Source: Patescibacteria group bacterium
GTDB lineage: Bacteria > Patescibacteriota > Minisyncoccia > UBA6257 > UBA9933
DNA length: 63,150 bases
Direction of reading: 5' to 3'
NCBI GenBank assembly: GCA_038062875.1
Contig: JBBTWF010000008.1
Location: forward strand, 1-63,150
The notes beneath the pieces are model-generated. The model was not told the origin of the DNA, did no database searches, and saw only the letters and a list, made by a program, of their open reading frames with translations. This document shows positions 17,186 through 25,923 of the stretch, in pieces. The first letter of the stretch is position 1. The number at the start of each line of letters is the position of its first letter. Position numbers and translations under genes: made by a program.

Positions 17186-17212
17186 GATAACGCCTAATGC
17201 GTTATCTTTTTT
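17186..17212 (+). terminator. Rho-independent terminator
   Basis: GATAACGC-CTAAT-GCGTTATC followed by TTTTTT. Confidence 0.8.
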
Positions 17213-17216
17213 ATAT

Positions 17217-17570
17217 ATGAACATACATAAGGAAAATTTAGCAAAATTAAAAAATAAACTTGAGGAAGAAAAAGAAAGTATTCTTTCGGAATTAAAAAGA
17301 TTGGAAAAAATTCCGGAATTTGGAAACGATGTCGACCCAGACGAAGAAACAGATGAGTCGGAAGAATACGGAAATCAATTAGCGATTGCCCAAGAAATTA
17401 AAAATCGTTTGGCGGATATTGACTCTGCTTTACTGAAAATTAATCCGCAAGCTGGCGGAAACGAATACGGAATTTGCGAAAAATGTAAAAAAGAAATTTC
17501 TTTAGAGTTGCTGGAAATCGACCCGGAGTCAAGATTGTGTAAAAGTTGTAAAAAATCTTCAGACAATTAA
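17217..17570 (+). CDS. DksA/TraR-family C4 zinc-finger protein
   Basis: N-terminal coiled-coil plus C-terminal CEKC...CKSC. It contains repeat-derived PQAGGNE. Confidence 0.8.
   Translation: MNIHKENLAKLKNKLEEEKESILSELKRLEKIPEFGNDVDPDEETDESEEYGNQLAIAQEIKNRLADIDSALLKINPQAGGNEYGICEKCKKEISLELLEIDPESRLCKSCKKSSDN
17445..17458. repeat. CCGCAAGCTGGCGG, a one-mismatch copy of the CCGCCAGCTGGCGG palindrome, in frame (PQAGG)
   Basis: Read directly from the sequence. Confidence 0.85.
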
Positions 17571-17573
17571 AAA

Positions 17574-19115
17574 ATGGCGAAAAATTTCTCCAAAACTTTC
17601 TCCGCCGAACTTGACGGCATTCATGCCAAATTGATTGAAGTGGAGGTTGACATCAATGTCGGCCTCCACTCTTTTAATATTGTTGGCTTGGCCGACAAAG
17701 CGCTTTCCGAAGCAAAAGAACGGGTGAGTTCAGCGCTTAAAAATACCGGCGTCAAACCGCCGAATAAAGAAAACAGAAAAATCACTGTCAATCTCGCGCC
17801 GGCGGACATTAAAAAAACCGGCTCCCAATACGACTTGGCCATTACCGTGGGCTATCTTCTGGCAACCAAACAAATAAAGGACTTTGAGACAAAAGATAAA
17901 ATTTTTATCGGCGAATTGTCTTTGGACGGAACGCTTCGGTCGGTCAACGGATGCTTGAGCATTGCCCGTATGGCGAAAAAACTCGGTTTTAAATATTTGT
18001 TTTTGCCCAAACAAAACGCGGTGGAAGCCGCCATTATAAAAAATATAAAAATTATTCCGACAACAGATTTAGAAGAATTAATAAACCATTTGGAAAATCG
18101 AAACCTGATTCCTCCCCAGCCGACAACCGAATTCAAACCAAACCAAGAATCAATACTAGTTGATATTTCGGAAATCAAAGGCCAGGAAAACGCCAAAAGG
18201 GCATTAATGGTGGCAGCTGCCGGAGGCCATAATATCCTAATGGCTGGTCCTCCCGGCGCTGGGAAAACAATGCTTGCCCAAGCGCTAATTTCAATTCTTC
18301 CTTTACCGTCGCTTGAAGAAGCGATTGCAATCACTCAAATATACAGCGCGGCCGGACGACTCGGAGAAAACGCTTTTTTAAATTATAGACCTTTCCGCTC
18401 GCCTCACCATTCCGCTTCGCCTGTGTCGGTTATCGGCGGCGGCGCCAATCCAAAACCAGGAGAAATCAGCTTGGCCCATCGGGGAGTTTTATTTTTAGAT
18501 GAAATTCCGGAATTCCGGCGCGACCTTTTAGAATCGCTCCGCCAGCCGTTGGAGAGCGGTTGTGTCTTTGTTTCTCGCGCAAAAAACGCTCTTATTTTTC
18601 CGTCAAAATTTTCTTTAGTGGCCGCCATGAATCCCTGTCCGTGCGGATATTTCGGCAATTCGGAAAAAGAATGCCGTTGCACAGCCAACGAGGTCTTTCG
18701 CTACCAGAAAAAAATATCCGGACCGCTTTTGGACAGAATTGACATCCAAATTGAAGTGCCGCAAGTGAAAATAGATATTTTAAGAAGCTCCGCCGCTCGT
18801 GGCACCAACAGCCAAGAAATCAAAGATAAAATCCAAAAAGCCAGAGAAATTCAAACAGAACGGTTCAAAAAAATCAAACCGAAAATTTACACCAATTCCG
18901 AAATGAGCTCAAAACAAGTTGACGAATTGATAGCTCTTGACGATTCGGCTGAAAATTTTTTAAAAAATATTTTAGAAAAGTCGTTTATTTCGGCGCGGGG
19001 ATATTATCGTGTTCTTAAAACCGCTCAAACCATTTCTGACCTAGAAGAATCGGCGAAAGTAACGGGCAACCACTTGGCCGAAGCGTTCCAATATCGAATC
19101 AGAGAAAAAGAATAA
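17574..19115 (+). CDS. comM: YifB/ComM family Mg-chelatase-like AAA+ ATPase (competence-associated)
   Basis: Lon-protease-like N-domain, Walker A GPPGAGKT, ChlI-type core (GVLFLDEIPEF) and a C-terminal ComM domain. Confidence 0.92.
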   Translation: MAKNFSKTFSAELDGIHAKLIEVEVDINVGLHSFNIVGLADKALSEAKERVSSALKNTGVKPPNKENRKITVNLAPADIKKTGSQYDLAITVGYLLATKQIKDFETKDKIFIGELSLDGTLRSVNGCLSIARMAKKLGFKYLFLPKQNAVEAAIIKNIKIIPTTDLEELINHLENRNLIPPQPTTEFKPNQESILVDISEIKGQENAKRALMVAAAGGHNILMAGPPGAGKTMLAQALISILPLPSLEEAIAITQIYSAAGRLGENAFLNYRPFRSPHHSASPVSVIGGGANPKPGEISLAHRGVLFLDEIPEFRRDLLESLRQPLESGCVFVSRAKNALIFPSKFSLVAAMNPCPCGYFGNSEKECRCTANEVFRYQKKISGPLLDRIDIQIEVPQVKIDILRSSAARGTNSQEIKDKIQKAREIQTERFKKIKPKIYTNSEMSSKQVDELIALDDSAENFLKNILEKSFISARGYYRVLKTAQTISDLEESAKVTGNHLAEAFQYRIREKE

Positions 19116-19117
19116 AA

Positions 19118-19981
19118 ATGGAAAAATTAGGCCAGCATTTTTTAATAAATAAAAATAAAATAGATAAAATTATCGACGCCTTGGAATTGAAACCCAAAGA
19201 TACGATAATTGAAATCGGGCCAGGGCACGGGGAACTCACCTTGCCTTTGGCAAGGAATTTTCAATTTCTAATTTCTAATTTTCAAATAATTGCGGTTGAA
19301 AAGGATAAAAAATTAGCTGAAAATCTTAAAAGGAAATTCGCCAGTGAAAAAAATATTAAAATTATTAATGACGACATCCTGAAAATATTATCAAAAGTCC
19401 CTAAATCCTATATTCTAAATTCTAAATCCTATAAAATCGTTGGCAATATCCCTTATTACATAACCGGATATTTATTGAGAATTATCGGCGAACTAACCGC
19501 CTCGCCACAGCGAGGCGAGTCTCGCCCAAAAATCTCTGGGCGGAAAAACAAGCCCTCTCTAATTGTTTTAACAATCCAAAAAGAAGTTGCTGAAAGAATT
19601 GTCGCTAAACCGCCTAAGATGAATTTATTAGCTGCCAGCGTTCAATTTTGGGCAAAACCGGAAATTATTGATTATATCCCAAAAAAAGATTTCCGACCGG
19701 CTCCGAAAGTGGATTCAGCGATAATCAAATTAACACCTAAAACTAAAACCCAAAACCTAACACCTAAAACCTATTACTCTTTTATTAAATTTCTTTTTAA
19801 ACAGCCGAGGAAGACGATAATGAATAATTTAGAATTTAGAATTAAGAATTTAGAATTGAGGGGGAAAAACAAACAAAAATTAAAACAGAAATTGTTAAAA
19901 ATCGGCATTAATCCTCAAGACAGACCTCAAAATCTAAGCGTTGAAAAAATCAAACAATTATCAAAAACAATTAAGGTTTAA
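19118..19981 (+). CDS. rsmA: 16S rRNA (adenine1518/1519-N6)-dimethyltransferase RsmA/KsgA, interrupted in frame by five repeat-derived segments
   Basis: GQHFL, SAM motif IIEIGPGHGELT, GNIPYYIT, QKEVAERI, FRPAPKVDSAII. Confidence 0.9.
   Translation: MEKLGQHFLINKNKIDKIIDALELKPKDTIIEIGPGHGELTLPLARNFQFLISNFQIIAVEKDKKLAENLKRKFASEKNIKIINDDILKILSKVPKSYILNSKSYKIVGNIPYYITGYLLRIIGELTASPQRGESRPKISGRKNKPSLIVLTIQKEVAERIVAKPPKMNLLAASVQFWAKPEIIDYIPKKDFRPAPKVDSAIIKLTPKTKTQNLTPKTYYSFIKFLFKQPRKTIMNNLEFRIKNLELRGKNKQKLKQKLLKIGINPQDRPQNLSVEKIKQLSKTIKV
19256..19288. repeat. AATTTTCAATTTCTAATTTCTAATTTTCAAATA low-complexity repeat in rsmA (NFQFLISNFQI)
   Basis: Read directly. It is related to ATTTCTAATGTCTAAAT at 4211-4227. 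Confidence 0.85.
19399..19433. repeat. CCCTAAATCCTATATTCTAAATTCTAAATCCTATA family copy in rsmA (VPKSYILNSKSYK)
   Basis: Near-identical strings occur at 52611-52642 and 35025-35050. Confidence 0.9.
19498..19542. repeat. Two GC-rich hairpins in rsmA (encoding ASPQRGESRPKISGR)
   Basis: CGCCTCGC-CACA-GCGAGGCG (19498-19517) and CGCCCA-8 nt-TGGGCG (19523-19542). Confidence 0.85.
19733..19771. repeat. CCTAAAAC-type low-complexity repeat in rsmA (TPKTKTQNLTPKT)
   Basis: ACACCTAAAACTAAAACCCAAAACCTAACACCTAAAACC. Confidence 0.85.
19826..19860. repeat. TTTAGAATTTAGAATTAAGAATTTAGAATTGAG family copy in rsmA (NLEFRIKNLELR)
   Basis: Same unit as at the parA end, where it also encodes LEFRI. Confidence 0.9.
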
Positions 19982-20003
19982 AAATGTTCGATTATCGTAA
20001 AAA

Positions 20004-21902
20004 TTAAAGATCAAAATCAAATTCGGCGAATATTATAACTTTTCCGGGACCGCCTGCTCCATAACAATCAACTTTTTCTCCCAACTCTCCAATAAGCCAC
20101 ATCCCTACTTCTGGTATTGTGTAGGGAGCATAAGTAGTCGTGTCCTTAGAGCCAAAAATGGCAGTTAATGCGTTTTCTAATTTAGATTCGCCCATTTTCC
20201 ATATAAATCTTCCACCTTCTTTACCCAAAATTTGGACAGAATTATTCCGAGGAGGAATAGTGCAAGGACTTACGTTTGTTACCATCCCTCCAAATGTTTG
20301 ATTCTCTTCCGAGGAAGCGGTTTTATCGTCTGAAGAAGCTGGATAAGTAGGAGAAGCGATAGAAGAAATATACACACTTACCGAGTCAGAAACAGAACCG
20401 GCGTCACCGGAACAAGTTAAAGTGTAATATCTATATTCGGTTAAATTACTGATTGATTCTGACCCGTCAAGAGATTTTTCTCCTAACCAATCACGAGAAG
20501 CATTACAAGAACTGACGTTTCTGGAAGTCCAGGATAAATTAACAGAACTGTTTTTAGAAATCGTAACAGAACTGCTGTTATTAACTTTAAGGTCAACAAC
20601 CGGAGATGTAGAGGTGGCGATTGATGAAGTTGTAGATGTGATGCTGGAAGCAATACCCGCAGAAACATATACAGTTACTGAATCCGAAACAGAACCGTTT
20701 TTGCCAGAACAAGTTAAAGTGTAATATCTGGATTTGACTAAATTGCTGATTAATTCCGTTCCGTCAATAGATTTTTCACCTGACCAACCGCTGGAGCCAA
20801 CACAGGATTCAACATTACTAGATTCCCAAGACAAAGACACTTCGCTATCCACCCCAACAGTAATTGGCTTATCGGAATTATTGGCCTTAATATCAACGGT
20901 TGGTATTGAAGTTAATACCGGCGTTGTGGTAGCGCCGCTAGAAACTGTACCTCCAGAAAGAGACTCCCCGAGATAATCTGCCGCTATCCAGCCAATTCGA
21001 CCATCGCTTATTACTTGCGCTTCCCGCATTTGGAATTTTTCATCAGCGATAACGCAGTATTTTATTTCATCGCTGGTTATTTTTAAAGACGTTCCTGTTG
21101 TGACGGCCCCAATTTTTTGGCAATTATCATCTCTTAAATTTATAGTAACGACCGTTTCAGTGCCCGATATTAAATATTGGTTTGAGGAGTCTGACGATAA
21201 CGCTAAATAAGTTGAGGCCCCAGCGCCGTAAAGCTCATTAAGAACGCTTATAGTTTTGGGTCTAGCGTAGCCCGTTTGTTCAATAAAATACGCTTTTTGA
21301 AATTTTTTAAGGGCAATTAAGGTTTGTTCGTCAAAATTTCCGGTAATTTGGTCTGACGATAAAAGATACTCCGAAAAAAGAACCTTTTGAAGAGCGACTA
21401 CATCTAAGTCGTTTTTCGAACCGAAACCAAAATTTTTATTCCAAGTGTAGGAGAAATTTTTAAGAGAGTCACGATTGATGGCTGAAACGGTTGAAGTCAC
21501 GTTCGCGGAGATGGTTTTTTCATCAATATAAATGACAACGGACGATGATGCTGTTTCGTTTTTTTCATTAACACATAAAAGAAGATAATTTTTCGCTTCT
21601 GTGATGTTTTCAATTAATCGGGAACCAGAACCCGGAACGATTTCTGACCAGTTGCCGGAGATTTCACAATGGACAGCGTTATTGGACTCCCAACTTAATT
21701 TAATAGAATCGTTATACGGAACAGTTATCGCACCAACAGTATCATTAGCCTTAATAACAACAGAAATCGCGTTTGGTTCAATGTTTGGCTTGTAAAAATT
21801 TTTCAACGCCACAATACCGCCTCCGACAAGACCGATTATAACGATAAGAGATAAAACGATTATTTTTATATGCATATGTCGATTATTGGACTTCCCCCCC
21901 AC
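20004..21902 (-). CDS. Membrane-anchored cell-wall-binding protein: three Cys-containing Ig-like repeats of about 77-81 aa, a PG-binding domain, an SH3b-like domain and an unknown C-terminal domain
   Basis: N-terminal TM helix. Repeats at aa 46-126, 336-412 and 436-512 (SLSWES..C....YYTLTCSG). PG_binding_1-like DVVALQKVL...ALKKFQ. SH3b-like GRIGWIAADYL. The start may instead be the ATG at 21875. Confidence 0.75.
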   Translation of the reverse strand: MGGKSNNRHMHIKIIVLSLIVIIGLVGGGIVALKNFYKPNIEPNAISVVIKANDTVGAITVPYNDSIKLSWESNNAVHCEISGNWSEIVPGSGSRLIENITEAKNYLLLCVNEKNETASSSVVIYIDEKTISANVTSTVSAINRDSLKNFSYTWNKNFGFGSKNDLDVVALQKVLFSEYLLSSDQITGNFDEQTLIALKKFQKAYFIEQTGYARPKTISVLNELYGAGASTYLALSSDSSNQYLISGTETVVTINLRDDNCQKIGAVTTGTSLKITSDEIKYCVIADEKFQMREAQVISDGRIGWIAADYLGESLSGGTVSSGATTTPVLTSIPTVDIKANNSDKPITVGVDSEVSLSWESSNVESCVGSSGWSGEKSIDGTELISNLVKSRYYTLTCSGKNGSVSDSVTVYVSAGIASSITSTTSSIATSTSPVVDLKVNNSSSVTISKNSSVNLSWTSRNVSSCNASRDWLGEKSLDGSESISNLTEYRYYTLTCSGDAGSVSDSVSVYISSIASPTYPASSDDKTASSEENQTFGGMVTNVSPCTIPPRNNSVQILGKEGGRFIWKMGESKLENALTAIFGSKDTTTYAPYTIPEVGMWLIGELGEKVDCYGAGGPGKVIIFAEFDFDL

Positions 21903-21972
21903 TCCACATAATTACACAATAGTATTATAATATTTATTATAAGAAATTGCCAAAAATAATACAATTTAAAAA

Positions 21973-23514
21973 ATGACAAAAAAATCTTTATTTCTAATTT
22001 CGTCTTTTTTGGCCGGTTTTTCTTTAATGACAGTAGAACTAATTTCAACAAGAATATTGGCTCCTTATGTAGGCGCTTCAATTTATACTTGGACGTCCGT
22101 TATCGGTGTGATTCTATTGGGATTATCCGTTGGCAATTATTTAGGCGGATATCTAATTGATAAATATCGGTCATTAAAAACACTATTTAGTTTTTTTATT
22201 CTGTCTTCGCTTTTTACGGCCGCTATCCCCATATTGACGACTCAAGCTCAGTTTTTTGTCTTTCTTGATTTGTTATTGCCTATTGTAATTATATTGATAT
22301 CTATAATATTATTTTTTCTCCCGGCTGTTTTTATAGGTACGCTTTATCCTTCTATCCTTAAATTTTATTCCGAAGACGTCGGGACGATTGGATTAAAATC
22401 CGGACAATTATCTTCCTTATGGTCTATCGGCAGTATTGTTGGTACTTTTTTAACTGGTTTTTATTTTATAGGACATATCGGAAACAATACCACGATATTT
22501 TTTATATCTGCCGTCCTTTTTATTAATGGATTGTTTTTTTATCGCCCAAAAATTAAAAATTTAATTATTTTAATTGTTATTTCAGCGACAATAATTTATT
22601 CTCCACAATTAATCAATAAGCAAAATAATGTTATTTTTAATCACGAAAGTAATTATTACACCATTCGCGTTGTTGACGGCGTTCATAATATTTTTGGCAA
22701 TATTAGAGTGTTATTTTTGGACTTTGACGCACATAGCGCGGAAGGATTAGACGGCCAACAACTTAATACTTATCCGGAAATTTATCCGGTTTTTTCGGTT
22801 CTCAAATCAAACATCCATAATATTTTAACCATTGGCGGCGGTTCATACTTAATAGCTAAAAATTTCTCCGATTTTTATAAAAATTCCAAAATAACGGTTG
22901 TTGAAATCGACCCTGCTGTTACAAAAACCGCCGAAGAATTTTTTAATTTAAAATCTTATCCTATCCAAACCGTTATTTCGGACGGCCGAATTTTTCTTCA
23001 AAAAAATAATCAAAAATACGACCTAATATTTTCAGACGCTTATAACTCTTTTGTTTCAATCCCTTGGCATCTTGCAACTAAAGAATTTAACGATTTAGCC
23101 AAAAGTCATCTCACCGACGGTGGAATTTACGCCGTTAATTTTACCTCGGCGTTTTATGGCAAAAATTCCGCTTTTTTCCGAAGTATGCTGTCAACTTTTA
23201 AAAAAACATTTGAAAATTATCAAATATTTTCTTTTGGCGAAGTTTTTCCAACTGACCCGCAAAATATAATATTAGTTGGCGTTAATTCCAATGAACAAAT
23301 TGACCCGCTTGAATTAAGAGAAAAAATTATGGCTTTAAAAAATGGTGAACTCTTATCATCTAAATTAGTTATTAAAAAGCCGCTTGATGACAACGCGCTT
23401 GTTTTAACCGATAATTTCGCGCCAATAGAAAAATTAATGACGCCCTTAATTAATAATTATTTCTCGCGTTATGCCGAGTTTTACTATTCTTTTTTAAAAA
23501 ATCAAAAAATCTGA
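21973..23514 (+). CDS. Fused membrane domain plus spermidine-synthase-like (polyamine aminopropyltransferase fold) protein
   Basis: About 7 N-terminal TM helices, then a class I MTase/spermidine-synthase-like block (ILTIGGGSY...VVEIDPAV...DLIFSDAY). Confidence 0.7.
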   Translation: MTKKSLFLISSFLAGFSLMTVELISTRILAPYVGASIYTWTSVIGVILLGLSVGNYLGGYLIDKYRSLKTLFSFFILSSLFTAAIPILTTQAQFFVFLDLLLPIVIILISIILFFLPAVFIGTLYPSILKFYSEDVGTIGLKSGQLSSLWSIGSIVGTFLTGFYFIGHIGNNTTIFFISAVLFINGLFFYRPKIKNLIILIVISATIIYSPQLINKQNNVIFNHESNYYTIRVVDGVHNIFGNIRVLFLDFDAHSAEGLDGQQLNTYPEIYPVFSVLKSNIHNILTIGGGSYLIAKNFSDFYKNSKITVVEIDPAVTKTAEEFFNLKSYPIQTVISDGRIFLQKNNQKYDLIFSDAYNSFVSIPWHLATKEFNDLAKSHLTDGGIYAVNFTSAFYGKNSAFFRSMLSTFKKTFENYQIFSFGEVFPTDPQNIILVGVNSNEQIDPLELREKIMALKNGELLSSKLVIKKPLDDNALVLTDNFAPIEKLMTPLINNYFSRYAEFYYSFLKNQKI

Positions 23515-23526
23515 GAATTATCCACA

Positions 23527-23554
23527 TTGTTTTGAATATTAAATAATGTATAAT
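23527..23554 (+). promoter_or_regulatory. Candidate promoter of the secretion-like operon, abutted by a perfect DnaA-box 9-mer
   Basis: TTGTTT (23527-23532), a 16-nt spacer, TATAAT (23549-23554). The ATG lies 9 nt downstream with no SD. TTATCCACA is at 23518-23526. Confidence 0.4.
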
Positions 23555-23563
23555 AAATAATAT

Positions 23564-24403
23564 ATGAAAGCCCTAAAAATCGCGGCGATGATTTTGGTTA
23601 TCAGCGCCGGATTACTCGGTTCTTATTGGATTATTAAAGACGCAAAAAAAGCCGACAGCGAAACTGCGGGTTTTTCTTTGGAAGACGCGATTAAACCAGG
23701 TGGCACGCTTTTTAAGTACATAGAAAAAGCGGCTCAAGATATTCAAGGAGCGGTTCCGAATAATAACGCGACTTCTTCCATAAATACCGATGACTCTTCT
23801 AATCTCACCGAAATGATTGCCAAAGTCATCGCTAATAAAGTTATAGAACAAAATAAAAACGGCTTAACCAAGACCGAAACCGGCGAACAGAAACTCGCGG
23901 CGCCGAACCAAGAAGTTATTATCCAAGAATTGACTAGGCAACTCTCTAATTTAGATTCTAATTTACTTAACCCAAATCAACCAATTAACGAAAACGACTT
24001 AAATATCTCCCAGGATAATTCTCAAGAAGCGCAAATCAAATATATCGAGAAGATTTCAAAAATCCATCAAAATTATTTTTGGGGGTTTAATAAAGATTTT
24101 TTAGCAGTATTATCCGATGCTTTTGAAAGAAATGATACTGTGCCAGCTAACCAATTAGCCAATATTTACAAAAATACATCCGATGACTTTTTAAATTTAA
24201 CTGTGCCTTCGGACTGGCTAGAAATCCATAAAAGATTAATTTCTTATTTTCAAACCTCGGAATTTGTTTTACGGGCAGTTGCCAATTATTCCAATGATCC
24301 GGTAAAGGCTCTAATGGCGTTGGATGTTATTGACCATCTTTTAATTGACGGCAAAACCAATCGGGAATTGTTTAATCAAAAAATTAAAGAATTAGAGTTA
24401 TGA
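23564..24403 (+). CDS. Operon gene 1: membrane-anchored helical protein, unknown function
   Basis: N-terminal TM helix. I recognise no motif. Its stop overlaps the next start (ATGA). Confidence 0.7.
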   Translation: MKALKIAAMILVISAGLLGSYWIIKDAKKADSETAGFSLEDAIKPGGTLFKYIEKAAQDIQGAVPNNNATSSINTDDSSNLTEMIAKVIANKVIEQNKNGLTKTETGEQKLAAPNQEVIIQELTRQLSNLDSNLLNPNQPINENDLNISQDNSQEAQIKYIEKISKIHQNYFWGFNKDFLAVLSDAFERNDTVPANQLANIYKNTSDDFLNLTVPSDWLEIHKRLISYFQTSEFVLRAVANYSNDPVKALMALDVIDHLLIDGKTNRELFNQKIKELEL

Positions 24404-25878
24404 AAAAAATTGTTTTAATTCTTATAATCGGTATTCTTATTTTTAATTTCCCTGGGATTTCTATCCGGCCAACTAAAGCTATACTCTCCCTAGTTCCTGT
24501 TGATATCGCGAATTTGGTTTGGGACATAGCAAACCGTGCCTGGACTTGGTTTAAAGGTAATTGGCAACACATGATGAGAGATCTAATTGTCAGGCGGATT
24601 GTGGATGCGATGGCTGACGATGTTATCCAATGGATTCAAGGAGGCGGGGAACCGGGATTTGTCACTGATTTTGGTGGCTTTATGGAAGACGCTTTTCAAG
24701 CCGGGGTCGGCGATGTTGCCAAAGAATTAAATATGGCTTGGCTTTGTAGCCCGTTTAAAGCCCAACTTCAACTTTCGGTTAATTATTTGCCGGTGCAAAG
24801 ATTTTCTCAACGGGTTGAGTGCACGCTTGACGACATTGTCGCCAATATAAATGATTTTTACGCGAATTTTGAAAACGGCGGCTGGATCGCTTACAACGAA
24901 AGCTGGAAACCACAGAATAATTTTTATGGCGCGATGCTGATGGCGCACGACGAAATGTTGATTCGTGGCAGCCAAGAACAAGAAGCGGCCAAAAATGAGG
25001 CCCTGGCTGGCGCTGGATTTCTTTCGCAAAAAAGATGCGAAACCGCTGCTAATTATATTGACAGAACAACCTGCGAATCGGTTGAAAGCGGAACCTGCGC
25101 CAAAGACAGCGAGGGCGATTGGTGTTCGGCAAATGATATAAAAATTATTACTCCTGGCGACACTATTGGCGAAGTAATAGCTAAGACCGCGATAAAAGAT
25201 TTTGATTACATAGACAATGTTCAATCCTATGTTGCCGCTATTGTGAATGCCATTATTAATCGGCTCTTCAGCGAAGGACTTGCCTTAATGAAAGACAGTA
25301 CTTCTCCAGGCGGCACTTCTTATGATTACGTAAGTCTTGGCTACGGCGATGTTGCTCAACAAGATTTAGAAAACCAAAAACAACAAATGAATAGTGAATA
25401 CAAAAAATTCATTCAAGAAAAACAATACATCCTTAATGCCAAAAATCAATCGCTGTCGTATAATCAACAAGCTCTTCAAACGCTTCAATATATTAAAAAC
25501 AATTGCGCGAGCTGCCAGCCAGTGGTTACTGACGCGGAAATCAATAATGTTCAATCAGAGGTTAATCGCTTGCAAAACGAAGTAAATGAGCTACGGGCAA
25601 TAATTAATAAAATTAATGGCTGGATAGCTGAAATTGATAATATGTCTTTGGATAATCGCGATAGAGAGATGGCGATTGTTATTCAGCATTATGATGAATT
25701 TACAAATGAATACGCCGCAGAGATTAATCAAGATATTGCGCTTGGCAAAAAAAGAGAAGCGGCTGACAGCGAAGCCCAAAGCAAACAAACCGAATTAACC
25801 AACGCCCAGAATCGATTAAATTCCTGCAAGACGATGAATTCCTGCACAATTCCAACAGCCACCTCAACGCAACCATAA
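24400..25878 (+). CDS. Operon gene 2: secreted or anchored Cys-rich protein with a C-terminal coiled-coil, unknown function
   Basis: N-terminal hydrophobic segment, at least 10 Cys, and a long Q/N/E-rich coiled-coil. Confidence 0.7.
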   Translation: MKKIVLILIIGILIFNFPGISIRPTKAILSLVPVDIANLVWDIANRAWTWFKGNWQHMMRDLIVRRIVDAMADDVIQWIQGGGEPGFVTDFGGFMEDAFQAGVGDVAKELNMAWLCSPFKAQLQLSVNYLPVQRFSQRVECTLDDIVANINDFYANFENGGWIAYNESWKPQNNFYGAMLMAHDEMLIRGSQEQEAAKNEALAGAGFLSQKRCETAANYIDRTTCESVESGTCAKDSEGDWCSANDIKIITPGDTIGEVIAKTAIKDFDYIDNVQSYVAAIVNAIINRLFSEGLALMKDSTSPGGTSYDYVSLGYGDVAQQDLENQKQQMNSEYKKFIQEKQYILNAKNQSLSYNQQALQTLQYIKNNCASCQPVVTDAEINNVQSEVNRLQNEVNELRAIINKINGWIAEIDNMSLDNRDREMAIVIQHYDEFTNEYAAEINQDIALGKKREAADSEAQSKQTELTNAQNRLNSCKTMNSCTIPTATSTQP

Positions 25879-25923
25879 TAACCAAAATGAAATCCCAACG
25901 GAATAAAAAAATAATATAAATAT

